NCBI GenBank assembly: GCA_016718825.1
Contig: JADKCL010000006.1
Location: 57,568-121,567, forward strand
DNA: 64,000 nt
Direction: 5' to 3'
Source: Bacteroidota bacterium
GTDB taxonomy: Bacteria > Bacteroidota > Bacteroidia > J057 > JADKCL01
Shown here piece after piece: positions 28,081-37,458 of the stretch. Within the stretch, counting starts at the first letter, position 1. Each line of letters starts with the position of its first letter. Both the position numbers and the translations under genes were made by a program. The notes beneath the pieces are model-generated. The model worked only from the letters and a program-made list of their open reading frames with translations, ran no database searches and was not told where the DNA came from.

Positions 28081-30273
28081 ATGAAAGGTCTGTTTACATT
28101 GATCCTCATGCTCCTGTTCGGGGCAGCAATTTATTCACAGGTGAATACCGTCACCTATGCGGGAAGCACCGGCAAGGAAACCTTCTATGACGTGCTGCAG
28201 ATCACGGGCGGTTCCGTGTTGGTGTGCGGCTATGCCGAAGACATGAGCTGGATTCCGGGCGGCGTGCCGGTTTCTCAGTTGACTTACACAGGCAATATTC
28301 CCAATTCCTTGGGGACCAACCGTTTTGGATTTATCCTGCAGCTTTCGGAGGATTTGCAGACGATCTTGAGTGTCGCGCACTTTCCGCAAGGCGCAGTAGA
28401 AGACATCCGGTTCATGAAAACCAATACGCTTCCCTACCAAGGCACCGGCGACCTGTACATTTCGGCCAATACTGCCGACACCTACGCCAATGACGGCGGC
28501 TATATCATCGCCAAACTGGACAACAACTTTGTGAACGGCGTGCCGACCGCACTTTCCTGGTTCAAGATCGCCTGGGCGGAGGCCGGCCCCAAAGATTATC
28601 ACCCTTGGGATGTCACAAGCGACGGTGAAGTCTACCACGTCACCGGCCAAAACCATGCCTACGATTGGAGCGCGATGTATTGCCTCGATGCCAATGGCCA
28701 ACGCAAAATCGTCCCCAACTGGCGCACGCACTGGCTCACAAGCGGATCCGAATGGAAGGGTACGCCCGCGAGCGCGGCCCCGGGTGGCCTGCCTGCTGTC
28801 AATTACAGTGGCATCGCCTTCAAAATCGGTGGCCGCTGCGAATTGCGTTCCTGGACGCAACAAGATTTCGATGCCATTGAGCCCGATGGCAATGGCGGCA
28901 CGCGCAAAGGCAGCTGGCCCGCAGATTTCCTCTTCAGCGGACCTTGCGACCCCAATGCACCGACTGCCAACGGCGGAGGTTACAATGGCTATTCCCCCGA
29001 AAGTTGCTGCCCCGTTTGGGGTGCCACGTGTGTAGCCGTCGACAAACGCAACAATTGGATGTACCTGGGAATGAACTTCAAGAGTTATTCCAATCCGGCG
29101 AATTCCCCTGACTTTGAGCCCGCTGTGATTTGCTTTGACGAAACGGGAAACATGGTTTGGTGGAGCCGCCTCTACCATGAAATTACGCCCGCCGGCGATA
29201 CCGTCTACAGCTTGCCCGATCAATATGTCGATGCCTTGGCGATCGACTATGCCAATGACAAACTCGTGATCGGTGCGCGCGCCCACGGCAACAACACCGA
29301 AAACCTTTGGGAAGGAAATACCATCGCGGGCAATCCCAATGCCAAGGGATTCCAAAATCAATTCACCGGAACAAACGGCAATATCCACGAAAGTTGGATC
29401 GGCAAATTGCGCCTTGCGGATGGCAGCCTGACCAACAGTACCTACATGGCCGAGCTGTTTGAGGGCACGGGAAGCCTTGGGACGCAACATCCCGATCCCA
29501 ATCTCGCAGGTTGGCCCGACCCCAATACCGGTTGGCCCAACGTCAACACCACAAGGATCACTAAAAACAATATGAAGGTGAGTTCGACCGGCGAATTGAT
29601 TGTGCTCGGCGTCGGCCGCAGGACCATCACCACCGTCAATGCCTATCAGCGCAATGTTTCGCCTTGGTCCACCGGCGTCGGTTGCTGGAACAGCTTCGTA
29701 CGCATGTACGACGAAAGCCTTGGGGTCCCCAAATACAGTTCGTTGATTGTCGGGGTTTGGGACACGCTGACGCAGCAAGGCGGGGACAATGCCGAGATGT
29801 TTGGCGTGTACAAAACCGACAAAGGTGTGATCGCCGTAGGCCGACAAAAGGCGACGAATGGCGTTCCCAATGGCAACAATTTGCCCGTGACCAACGTCCC
29901 AGCCTGGGGAACTTCGACGCCTTCGAATGAGACTGCCTTGCTGGTTTATTATCAGAGTGACAGCCTCATGAACCCGACGGATGTGATTACGGGCGTCGCG
30001 AATGGACCAGGCTTGGCAGCGCATTACGAGGGCAGGGCCTTCCCCAATCCGACAACGGGTATTGTGGAGGTGATGTTGCCCGATGATCTGCCTGAATTCG
30101 AATTTGTGGTGACCAATGTTTTGGGTCAAACGATGGCAACAGGACAACGCGAACGGGGTGGAAGCTACAAGCAATTCGATTTGTCGCAGCAGGTGGATGG
30201 GGTGTATTTCATCAGCATTCGCAGCGCAGACAAAACTTGGAAATACAAAGTGGTCAAGGGGAGAATAGAATAA
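28081..30273 (+). CDS. Secreted hypothetical protein with a T9SS C-terminal sorting domain
   Basis: The 730-aa ORF has signal MKGLFTLILMLLFGAAIYSQ. The C-terminus is FPNPTTGIVEVML...GVYFISIRS...KVVKG. Confidence 0.8.
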   Translation: MKGLFTLILMLLFGAAIYSQVNTVTYAGSTGKETFYDVLQITGGSVLVCGYAEDMSWIPGGVPVSQLTYTGNIPNSLGTNRFGFILQLSEDLQTILSVAHFPQGAVEDIRFMKTNTLPYQGTGDLYISANTADTYANDGGYIIAKLDNNFVNGVPTALSWFKIAWAEAGPKDYHPWDVTSDGEVYHVTGQNHAYDWSAMYCLDANGQRKIVPNWRTHWLTSGSEWKGTPASAAPGGLPAVNYSGIAFKIGGRCELRSWTQQDFDAIEPDGNGGTRKGSWPADFLFSGPCDPNAPTANGGGYNGYSPESCCPVWGATCVAVDKRNNWMYLGMNFKSYSNPANSPDFEPAVICFDETGNMVWWSRLYHEITPAGDTVYSLPDQYVDALAIDYANDKLVIGARAHGNNTENLWEGNTIAGNPNAKGFQNQFTGTNGNIHESWIGKLRLADGSLTNSTYMAELFEGTGSLGTQHPDPNLAGWPDPNTGWPNVNTTRITKNNMKVSSTGELIVLGVGRRTITTVNAYQRNVSPWSTGVGCWNSFVRMYDESLGVPKYSSLIVGVWDTLTQQGGDNAEMFGVYKTDKGVIAVGRQKATNGVPNGNNLPVTNVPAWGTSTPSNETALLVYYQSDSLMNPTDVITGVANGPGLAAHYEGRAFPNPTTGIVEVMLPDDLPEFEFVVTNVLGQTMATGQRERGGSYKQFDLSQQVDGVYFISIRSADKTWKYKVVKGRIE

Positions 30274-30420
30274 AAACGGGACGAATGGGTTTGAAATTTT
30301 CGACGAACTGAAATGCGGCAATAGCCCAGTTTCAGTGGATTCGATTACCGTCTCTTTGCCCAAGAATGTTTGCCACGGTCGGCGGAAATTTTGTATGTTG
30401 CATTGAGTCAATGTACTACA

Positions 30421-31728
30421 ATGAAGCGTTTTCTATTTCTTGGTTTGCTCTTGTTTGCTTTTTTCAATGGGAAAACCCAAAATTTCGCAATCGGAATCCC
30501 CGACAGCGTGGAGAATGTTGCTTTTCCCGGTTCGACCGGTGCCTACACCATTTCCAATCCGCTGAATCACAACGGGACTTCCTTTACCAACGCCCCGATC
30601 GCTGGCAATTGCTTTATGAATTGCAAAAGTGATTGGCTCTATTTTCACGATTTTGACTTGAATATTCCTGCCAACGCTACGATTCTGGGATTCGAAGTGA
30701 TTCATAGCCGGGGTGGTTGCAATCAAGGTTCATTTGTCATCGATACATTGCAATTGACGCTCAATGGTTCGCCTCTTGGAACGCCAAAGCGGGACAGCGC
30801 TTCCACGACAGAAACCGATACCCTCGGCGGAAGTGTCGATGATTGGGGAATTGGATTCGTTCCACCTTTGCTTGTCACTGACCCTGATTTCGGTGTGATG
30901 ATTCGCAGTACCGGAACGGGTATTTGCACCTTCGGGCAATTTGATCTGCGCCTGAAAGTATATTACTGCGAGTTTGGTACGCCCAATCAAGGCATCCCCG
31001 ACAGTGTCATCAATGTGGCCTTTTCGGGATCCTCAGGCACGTATTCGGTGACCAATCCCTTGGTACACAATGGAACACAATTCACCAATCCTCCGGTTAC
31101 CGTCAATTGTGTGATGAACTGCAAAAGTGATTGGCTGTATTTTCACAACTTCGGATTCAATGTGCCAAGCGGTCAAACGATCAATGGCATCGAGGTGATT
31201 CATTCCCGCGGGGGCTGCAATTCCGGTTCGTATGTGATCGACACCCTTTCCCTCGCTTATGGTGGCTTGCCCATCGGGAATTTGAAGCGGGATTCGACCT
31301 CCAACATGACCACGGACACGCTCGGGGATTTGGCGGATGTCTGGGGAAATGCGGGCTTGAACGGGGCGATGGTGAGCGATCCGAGTTTTGGCGTGATGGT
31401 ACGCAGCTCAGGAACGGGAATCTGCACATTCGGGCAGTTTGACCTCCGCGTAAATGTCTATTTCTGTGGGGAGAATGTGCTTGCATCCGAGCCCGAATTG
31501 AACTCCAGCATTGTTTTCTACCCCAATCCAGCGTCGGATCGGATCCATTGGACCCATCCTGAAACGGTTGCACGTGTGGTGTGCCTGAATGCCATGGGGC
31601 AAATCGTCGATGCGCCGCAGATGGGAGATGATTTGGATGTTTCACGGCTGCCGAATGGGATTTATTTTATGCGGGTGACGACGGCTTTGGGAACGCAGTT
31701 TACCCAAAAGGTTTGCGTTCGACATTGA
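30421..31728 (+). CDS. Secreted protein with two tandem ~165-aa duplicated Cys-containing domains and a T9SS C-terminal domain
   Basis: The preferred start is MKRFLFLGLLLFAFFNG. The two domains begin IPDSVENVAFPGSTGAYTISNPL and IPDSVINVAFSGSSGTYSVTNPL, and both end GTGICTFGQFDLR..VY.C. The C-terminus is FYPNPASDRIHW...GIYFMRV. Confidence 0.8.
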   Translation: MKRFLFLGLLLFAFFNGKTQNFAIGIPDSVENVAFPGSTGAYTISNPLNHNGTSFTNAPIAGNCFMNCKSDWLYFHDFDLNIPANATILGFEVIHSRGGCNQGSFVIDTLQLTLNGSPLGTPKRDSASTTETDTLGGSVDDWGIGFVPPLLVTDPDFGVMIRSTGTGICTFGQFDLRLKVYYCEFGTPNQGIPDSVINVAFSGSSGTYSVTNPLVHNGTQFTNPPVTVNCVMNCKSDWLYFHNFGFNVPSGQTINGIEVIHSRGGCNSGSYVIDTLSLAYGGLPIGNLKRDSTSNMTTDTLGDLADVWGNAGLNGAMVSDPSFGVMVRSSGTGICTFGQFDLRVNVYFCGENVLASEPELNSSIVFYPNPASDRIHWTHPETVARVVCLNAMGQIVDAPQMGDDLDVSRLPNGIYFMRVTTALGTQFTQKVCVRH

Positions 31729-31815
31729 CGTAGTGCAAATAGCTGTACACCTGTTGATTCCGAGTTTCCTCCTCGCGATATTGCAAAGTATTGCGTTCAA
31801 CCAACGATCACCAAC

Positions 31816-33888
31816 ATGAAACGATATTCCATTTTTGTCTGGTTTTGCCTACTGTTCTCCAATACATTTGCGCAATGGATCCCTACGAATGGGCCCCGTA
31901 TGGCGCATCCGACAACCGAAATTTTTGCCTTGGGGCCAATTCTGATGGCCTCTTCACAGTGTGCGCCATTTTACAGCACAGATCAAGGAGATTCTTGGAA
32001 AGTGATAGGTGTGTCCGGTGCTCCCTCGGACTTTGAGCGAAATTTTGAATTTCTGGGCAATCACTATGTTAGCTCTGGATGGTATTACCGTCGCGTAATT
32101 GTCAATGGAAATGCCGTTTCGTTGGATACCTTGCAGCAGATGCCGAGCAGTCCAGAGGACGTGGCTGCGGATTCGTCAGGGATTTATGCAGTGGGCTACG
32201 AAGCTGGGTTGATGTGGAGCGGAACGGGCAATAATTTCAGCTTGCACGCTACCGGATTGCCAAGGGACACGACTTTTTATCCCGGTGGAATGATCATCCG
32301 GTTGTATGCGTTTTCGGTCGCGTTGAATTCTACGTCGGTATTCGTCGGCACGAGCAAAGGAGTTTATCGTGCTCCAAAGGGCCAACTCACCTTTACTCCT
32401 CTGAATAACGGTTTGCCCACCGAGGATGTGTATGCGCTTTATTGCGAAGATTCGATGATGGTAGCCAGCGTAGACAGCAGCCTTTATCGCTCGACAGACT
32501 CAGGGAATTCTTGGACCCTTGTTCCAACCCCCATTCAGAGAAATTGCAGACGTTTGCAGCAGGTCGGAGATACATTGTTTGCCGCACTTTTCCATAGAGG
32601 GGCGATGTTCTCAACAGATGATGGCGTAAGTTGGACTATGGTCAATGCGACGCTTCAGAATGAGACTGTGACAGGATTTGAAAGGATCGGAGGGGAGCTT
32701 TTCTGCGCCACTTATGGAGGGCTTTTCAAGGGGGTTGCGAGTTCCACTTTGGTTGAATACAATGGTTGTGGTGTAGGAATCTATTCGATGACGAAGACCG
32801 ACAATTGTATCGCTGCTGCCACACGCGATGACACTTATGTTTCTTCAGACTTGGGAGACCATTGGCGCAAGATTGAGAATCCAAACAATCAAGGCCCGGC
32901 ACCGATGGTCGTAGAATTAAACAATCAGCTTGTTTGGGGGACCAAGTATACTGGATTTAACACCCCACTTGCACTTTTTTCCTCCGGGGATTGTGCAACT
33001 ACGCTGGATACCACAATTATTGGATCGGGTTCAGAACTTACCTTCCTTTCTTGTGATGGGGATCAAGCAATTCTCAACATTAATTTCACTGACTATTGGC
33101 TTGTTTCCGATTCAGGCGCAACGTTTACAGCAATACAACGTCCAACACCCATTGATTGCCAAACAGATCCCATCTTGATTCTTGTCGACAGCACGATTTA
33201 TGCCACCTCCTGCGACAATGTTGGCTTATTGCGCAGCAAGGATCTCGGAACTACTTGGGCAGATGTCAGCAACGGTCTTTCTTCAAACCGCGTTTGTTAC
33301 ATGGAACGTGTAGGCGGTAGGCTGTTTGCCACTTTTCCCGATGAAATTTATCAAGCTGTAAGTGGGGACAGCGTTTGGATTCCCAGTCAAACGGGTATCC
33401 CCAATAACAGCGGTCCCTTTTTTGATCTGGAATGGGATGGGCAGCGCTATTATGTCTGCAACGGGCGCAAAGTTTGGGCATCCGTGGATGGGATTCATTG
33501 GGTGGATGTTTCGCAGGGGCTGCCTTCAGGGCTAAATGGCCATATCACCTATTCCGGAATGGCACTCAAAGACGGGATACTGTTTGTCGGCACGTGGGGG
33601 CAAGGCGTTTGGAAACGTCCAATCTCCGAAATTACGGTAGCCAATGAGCCGATTTCTCCGAGCGTCGATTTGCGTCTTTTTCCAAATCCGACAAGCGAAC
33701 GGCTGTATTGGTCGACCCCGGAATCCGTAAAGGCTTTCCGCTGTTTCAATTTGTTTGGTCAAGCAGTGGAGGCAGTAATGATCGACGGTTATTTGGACGT
33801 CTCGCGATGGCCTGCGGGTGTGTATGTCGTTCAAGCAACTACCCGCACAGGCGCTGTCCTCAGCGGCAAGGTTCTGATTCAACGATAA
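31816..33888 (+). CDS. Secreted BNR/Asp-box repeat (beta-propeller-like) protein with a T9SS C-terminal domain
   Basis: It has at least 6 Asp-box-like motifs: STDQGDSW, STDSGNSW, STDDGVSW, SSDLGDHW, SKDLGTTW, SVDGIHW. The C-terminus is LFPNPTSERLYW...GVYVVQA. Confidence 0.8.
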   Translation: MKRYSIFVWFCLLFSNTFAQWIPTNGPRMAHPTTEIFALGPILMASSQCAPFYSTDQGDSWKVIGVSGAPSDFERNFEFLGNHYVSSGWYYRRVIVNGNAVSLDTLQQMPSSPEDVAADSSGIYAVGYEAGLMWSGTGNNFSLHATGLPRDTTFYPGGMIIRLYAFSVALNSTSVFVGTSKGVYRAPKGQLTFTPLNNGLPTEDVYALYCEDSMMVASVDSSLYRSTDSGNSWTLVPTPIQRNCRRLQQVGDTLFAALFHRGAMFSTDDGVSWTMVNATLQNETVTGFERIGGELFCATYGGLFKGVASSTLVEYNGCGVGIYSMTKTDNCIAAATRDDTYVSSDLGDHWRKIENPNNQGPAPMVVELNNQLVWGTKYTGFNTPLALFSSGDCATTLDTTIIGSGSELTFLSCDGDQAILNINFTDYWLVSDSGATFTAIQRPTPIDCQTDPILILVDSTIYATSCDNVGLLRSKDLGTTWADVSNGLSSNRVCYMERVGGRLFATFPDEIYQAVSGDSVWIPSQTGIPNNSGPFFDLEWDGQRYYVCNGRKVWASVDGIHWVDVSQGLPSGLNGHITYSGMALKDGILFVGTWGQGVWKRPISEITVANEPISPSVDLRLFPNPTSERLYWSTPESVKAFRCFNLFGQAVEAVMIDGYLDVSRWPAGVYVVQATTRTGAVLSGKVLIQR

Positions 33889-33942
33889 TTTCAATCCGCT
33901 TCAAATGCGAATTTGACTTATCTTTCCTGAAAATCTCAGCCC

Positions 33943-34581
33943 ATGTCCACCCAAAAAGCGTACGACCAATGGTCGTCCATCTACGACACCAACGAAAATA
34001 AAACCCGTGACCTTGAGGCCGTTGCTGTGCGCAAGATGCTCGAACCGGTCCTCTTTCGCTACGTCCTCGAAATCGGCGCTGGCACCGGAAAAAATACCGT
34101 TTGGTACCTCGGATTTGCCAACCGCATTTTGGCAGTTGACCTCAGTGCCGAAATGCTCGCCAAGGCCAAGGAAAAAATCGACGCGCTCGGTAATCCCGAG
34201 TGCATCTCAGAATTTGCCCAAGCCGATGTCACGCAGCCCTGGACATTTGGCGAAGCTTGTTTTGACCTCGTGACTTTCAGCCTGATGTTGGAGCACATCG
34301 AGCATTTGGATCCGATTTTTGCCGAGGCATCGCGCGCACTGATGGTGGGCGGGCATGTGTACGTAGGGGAATTGCACCCCTTCAAACAATACCTCGGCAG
34401 CAAGGCCAAATTCGAAGGGGAAACGGGCGAAGTGATCGTTCAATGCTTCAACCATCATGTGAGCGACTTCGTCAGCGCCGCCCAAAAGCACGGCCTTCAG
34501 TTGGTGGATTTGCAGGAATTTTTTGATGTCCCTGGCGAAGGTGTGCCTAGGGTGTTAGGGTTGTTGTTTCGGAAGGGGTGA
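33943..34581 (+). CDS. Class I SAM-dependent methyltransferase
   Basis: Motif I reads VLEIGAGTGKNT. The post-I acidic residue is in AVDLS, and LMLEHI matches the Methyltransf_11/25 pattern. Confidence 0.85.
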   Translation: MSTQKAYDQWSSIYDTNENKTRDLEAVAVRKMLEPVLFRYVLEIGAGTGKNTVWYLGFANRILAVDLSAEMLAKAKEKIDALGNPECISEFAQADVTQPWTFGEACFDLVTFSLMLEHIEHLDPIFAEASRALMVGGHVYVGELHPFKQYLGSKAKFEGETGEVIVQCFNHHVSDFVSAAQKHGLQLVDLQEFFDVPGEGVPRVLGLLFRKG

Positions 34582-34660
34582 ATTAAGGCCTCACCTCGTC
34601 AATTCCAAATTCGTCCCCTCTTGCCCTGGTCCCGAAATTGCCTTACCTTCATCCTTGGTA

Positions 34661-35824
34661 ATGCGTTATCGGTGGATCATATTCGGATGTTGGATGCTGG
34701 CATCGTTGGGCCTGTGGAGCCAAAACGGCTTCCATGATAGGCTCGATGCCCGCGATTTGCCCGATTCGGCAAAGATCGACCTCCTCAATGACCACGCATG
34801 GACCCTTACCAAAACCGCTCCCGACAGCGCTGAATTTTACGCCCGCGAGGCCATCAGCCGTTCGCAGAAAGCTGGTGACTATGCCAAAGGGCTGATCAAT
34901 GCCAACATCCTCCTCGGAATTCTGAACAAGGACCGTGGCTACTACGGCCTCTCCGTGGAGCATTACCTGCAGGCCTTGCAACGCGCGGAAAGTATCGGCG
35001 ATTCACTCCGCGTCTCCGGCTGTCTCAACAACCTCGGTTCCGTCTACTACGAGCAAGGCAATTTCCTCAAGTCCCTGAGCTACTTTCAGCGGTCATTGGC
35101 CATCGAAAACAAGCTTGGAAAGGACAAGGGGCAGCAATCCATCCGCTTGGTGAACATCGGCGACGCCTATTTCAAGCTCGACAGCCTCGACAAGGCCGCT
35201 GCTTTTTACTACAATTCGCTGCTCATCGAGGAGGATTTGAAAAACGAGGACGGCATGTTTTATGCACGTCTCGGCATCGGGCGCGTCGACACGCGCAAAG
35301 GCAATTTTGTCAATGCCAAGTCCGAACTCACCCGCGCCCTCGACTACGCGCAGCGCCTGGGTAACAATCCCGGAATTTGTGAAACGCAGATCGCATTCGG
35401 CGAACTATTCCTTGCCCAAGGACTGCTCGCGCAGGCAGAGGCCGCATTGGACAGCGCCCTTGCTAAGGCTAGGAAATTCGAATTTCAAGGGCTTGAAATA
35501 CAGTCGCTTGGCGCGATTTACAAAATGCAAAAGCAGCAGGGCAACCTTGCAGCCGCCAACGAAACATTGGAACAATATTATGCCCTCCGTGAAAAAGTCA
35601 ACAGCACCGAGGTCAATAGCCGTATCGGCGAATTGCAGATGCGCTACGAACTCGATAAAAAGGAACAGGAAATCGCCCTTTTTCGCAAAAATGAGGAGTT
35701 GCAGGATGCAGAAATGAAATATGAGCGCAAGCTGCGCAACTATTTACTGTTCAGTGTGTTTGTGACTTTGGCTTTGATCCTGTTCAACCTCTACCGCGCG
35801 AGATCCAGAAACGATGGCCAATAG
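34661..35824 (+). CDS. Tetratricopeptide-repeat protein with a C-terminal TM helix
   Basis: There are several TPR units (for example LNNLGSVYYEQGNFLKSLSYFQRSLAI), a coiled coil, then the TM segment LLFSVFVTLALILFNLY. Its stop overlaps the start of the LytTR gene. Confidence 0.8.
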   Translation: MRYRWIIFGCWMLASLGLWSQNGFHDRLDARDLPDSAKIDLLNDHAWTLTKTAPDSAEFYAREAISRSQKAGDYAKGLINANILLGILNKDRGYYGLSVEHYLQALQRAESIGDSLRVSGCLNNLGSVYYEQGNFLKSLSYFQRSLAIENKLGKDKGQQSIRLVNIGDAYFKLDSLDKAAAFYYNSLLIEEDLKNEDGMFYARLGIGRVDTRKGNFVNAKSELTRALDYAQRLGNNPGICETQIAFGELFLAQGLLAQAEAALDSALAKARKFEFQGLEIQSLGAIYKMQKQQGNLAAANETLEQYYALREKVNSTEVNSRIGELQMRYELDKKEQEIALFRKNEELQDAEMKYERKLRNYLLFSVFVTLALILFNLYRARSRNDGQ

Positions 35825-36689
35825 GCAATCTCCATATCCCAAAACGTGGCTGTTCGCAGGAGGTGCGGCATTCGGGCTGTACTTCACTGCCGGATTAGCC
35901 TATTTCGAGACCTTCCGCAAATGGCACGAATTTACGGGCATTCACTACCTCGCGGTGGCCATGATTTTGGTGCCGACGTCGATCGTCCTGGCCTTCAGTT
36001 TATTTGGTGCACCCTCGGCTAAATTGCCTAATTCGCCGCTAGTACGCTGGTTTTTGCTGCCAAGTATGGCCTTTTTACTCGCGGGATTTCTGATTTACCT
36101 GTACTTCGGAATGTGGGATCCGATGAATTTTCGCACGGACATTCTGCTGCCCTCGATTGTCCGGAACATGGTCCTGCTGGGCCTGCTGCCGGTACAGGTG
36201 GCGCTTGTGCTTGTTCCGCAGCCCGCAGTCGTCAAGGCGGTTGTGATCGCGCAACCAGTTGAGAGGACATCACCTCCCGATTCAGATCCGCAGCTATCCC
36301 TTCAATCCGACAATTCTGCGCTCGCGCAATCGGTTGCACCGGTGATGTTCGCTGTGGAAGCCTCCGCAGGGGAGTCCCAATTCAAGATTCCGCTTGCGGA
36401 TCTCTTGATGGTCGAGGCCGCAGACAATTACTGCAAATTTTATTACCTCAAAGACGGTTTGCCTAAAACGCGTCTGCTGCGCATGAAAATGAAGGAGGCC
36501 GAGGAGGCCTTGCAAGGTGCTGCAGATTTCCACCGTTGCCACCGCTCCTTTTTGGTCAATGGCAGCATGGTCTCTGAGGTCTTGGGTAATTCTCAAGCTT
36601 ACAGGCTGAAAATGAAGCATCTCGAGGAGCAAGTTCCGGTGTCGAGGACGTTTGATGTGGGGGTGTTGCGGGCTGTGTTTAAGGACTAG
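35814..36689 (+). CDS. Membrane-bound LytTR-domain DNA-binding protein
   Basis: The N-terminus has about 4 TM helices. The C-terminal LytTR signature reads IPLADLLMVEAADNYCKFYY...HRCHRSFLVN. Confidence 0.8.
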   Translation: MANRQSPYPKTWLFAGGAAFGLYFTAGLAYFETFRKWHEFTGIHYLAVAMILVPTSIVLAFSLFGAPSAKLPNSPLVRWFLLPSMAFLLAGFLIYLYFGMWDPMNFRTDILLPSIVRNMVLLGLLPVQVALVLVPQPAVVKAVVIAQPVERTSPPDSDPQLSLQSDNSALAQSVAPVMFAVEASAGESQFKIPLADLLMVEAADNYCKFYYLKDGLPKTRLLRMKMKEAEEALQGAADFHRCHRSFLVNGSMVSEVLGNSQAYRLKMKHLEEQVPVSRTFDVGVLRAVFKD

Positions 36690-37143
36690 CCTTGACGATT
36701 CTCAGCATCTTGTCCGCTGAACAAGTTCGTTGACAGGGCCCCAATTGGTGATCGATGAGGAGGAAATTGGCTTTAGAGGGAAGAAGGAACTCCATCTTGC
36801 CTTGTTTCCCCAAGCAACAAAAATAATCCTCAGTGTTCTATTCGGGATTTTCCAACACAACTTATTGGAGGCGATGCCTGTCGGTCAAATCTGAGTACCA
36901 AACCGGCATGAGAGAGACGATTTCAAATCTAAATGGATGGAACCTCGCCCTATTCAGCAGCACCGTTGAGCCAATGAAACGCGATTTTTTCTGGCAACCT
37001 TCCCAATTCTTTGTCAGAATCCACGGCAAATCGAAGTTGTCTTCAAAATCGAATTACCTTGTCTAATGCCTGGCAACCAGGAATGCAAACGAGCAGCATC
37101 GTACAATGCTGCTCTTTTGAGTGAATCGGGAAATTTGTGGAAA

Positions 37144-37434
37144 TCAGAAGGTAGCCATCCCATAAAAATACTTTCCATACTCCTTGGCATACATCAGCAT
37201 TTGCTTTGAATTTTCGATGGTGGCTTGGACGACGACACCATTGGAATTGGCCATTTCATACTTGCCGGTTGCTTCCTCCAGTCCCTTGTCCACATTTTCT
37301 TTGGCATCGTTGAAAATCAAAATGACTTGGTTTTCGCTACGCATTACACCGAATGAGCAGTACCATTTGAAATCCTTGCAAATCTGCCTTTTGGGAATCT
37401 TTTTTGCCCAGAGGAGTTCTCCTTTTTCATCCAC
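37144..37434 (-). pseudogene. Probable C-terminal gene fragment (96 codons, GTG start), in frame with the upstream gene across its TGA
   Basis: The fragment has no N-terminal features. The sequence reads like the tail of a larger protein (..LLWAKKIPKRQ...ILIFNDAKEN..). It lies 24 nt downstream of, and in frame with, the stop of the 37459-39039 gene. Confidence 0.35.
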
Positions 37435-37458
37435 CTTGGTGGCGGCAGCTTTTACCCT

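Noticed and set aside
28135-30411. Very long antisense ORFs were seen at 758 aa (28135-30411, minus), 624 aa (42767-44641, minus), 455 aa (45599-46966, minus), 561 aa (51237-52922, minus) and 368 aa (49707-50813, minus). Many shorter ones lie opposite czcA and the SBBP gene.
   Set aside because: Each lies opposite a gene with clear family motifs (T9SS cargo, pheT, rny, oxidoreductase, SpeE-like). Their translations are Arg/Gly/Ala/His-rich and low-complexity, with no signal peptides or motifs. They are the usual shadow ORFs produced by codon bias on the opposite strand.
36833-37066. I considered the 77-aa plus ORF and a ~62-codon minus-strand open frame in the 36690-37143 spacer.
   Set aside because: Neither has a convincing start, motif or signal. 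The minus-strand frame has no start codon until near its end. This is possibly a decayed fragment, but there is not enough evidence to annotate it.
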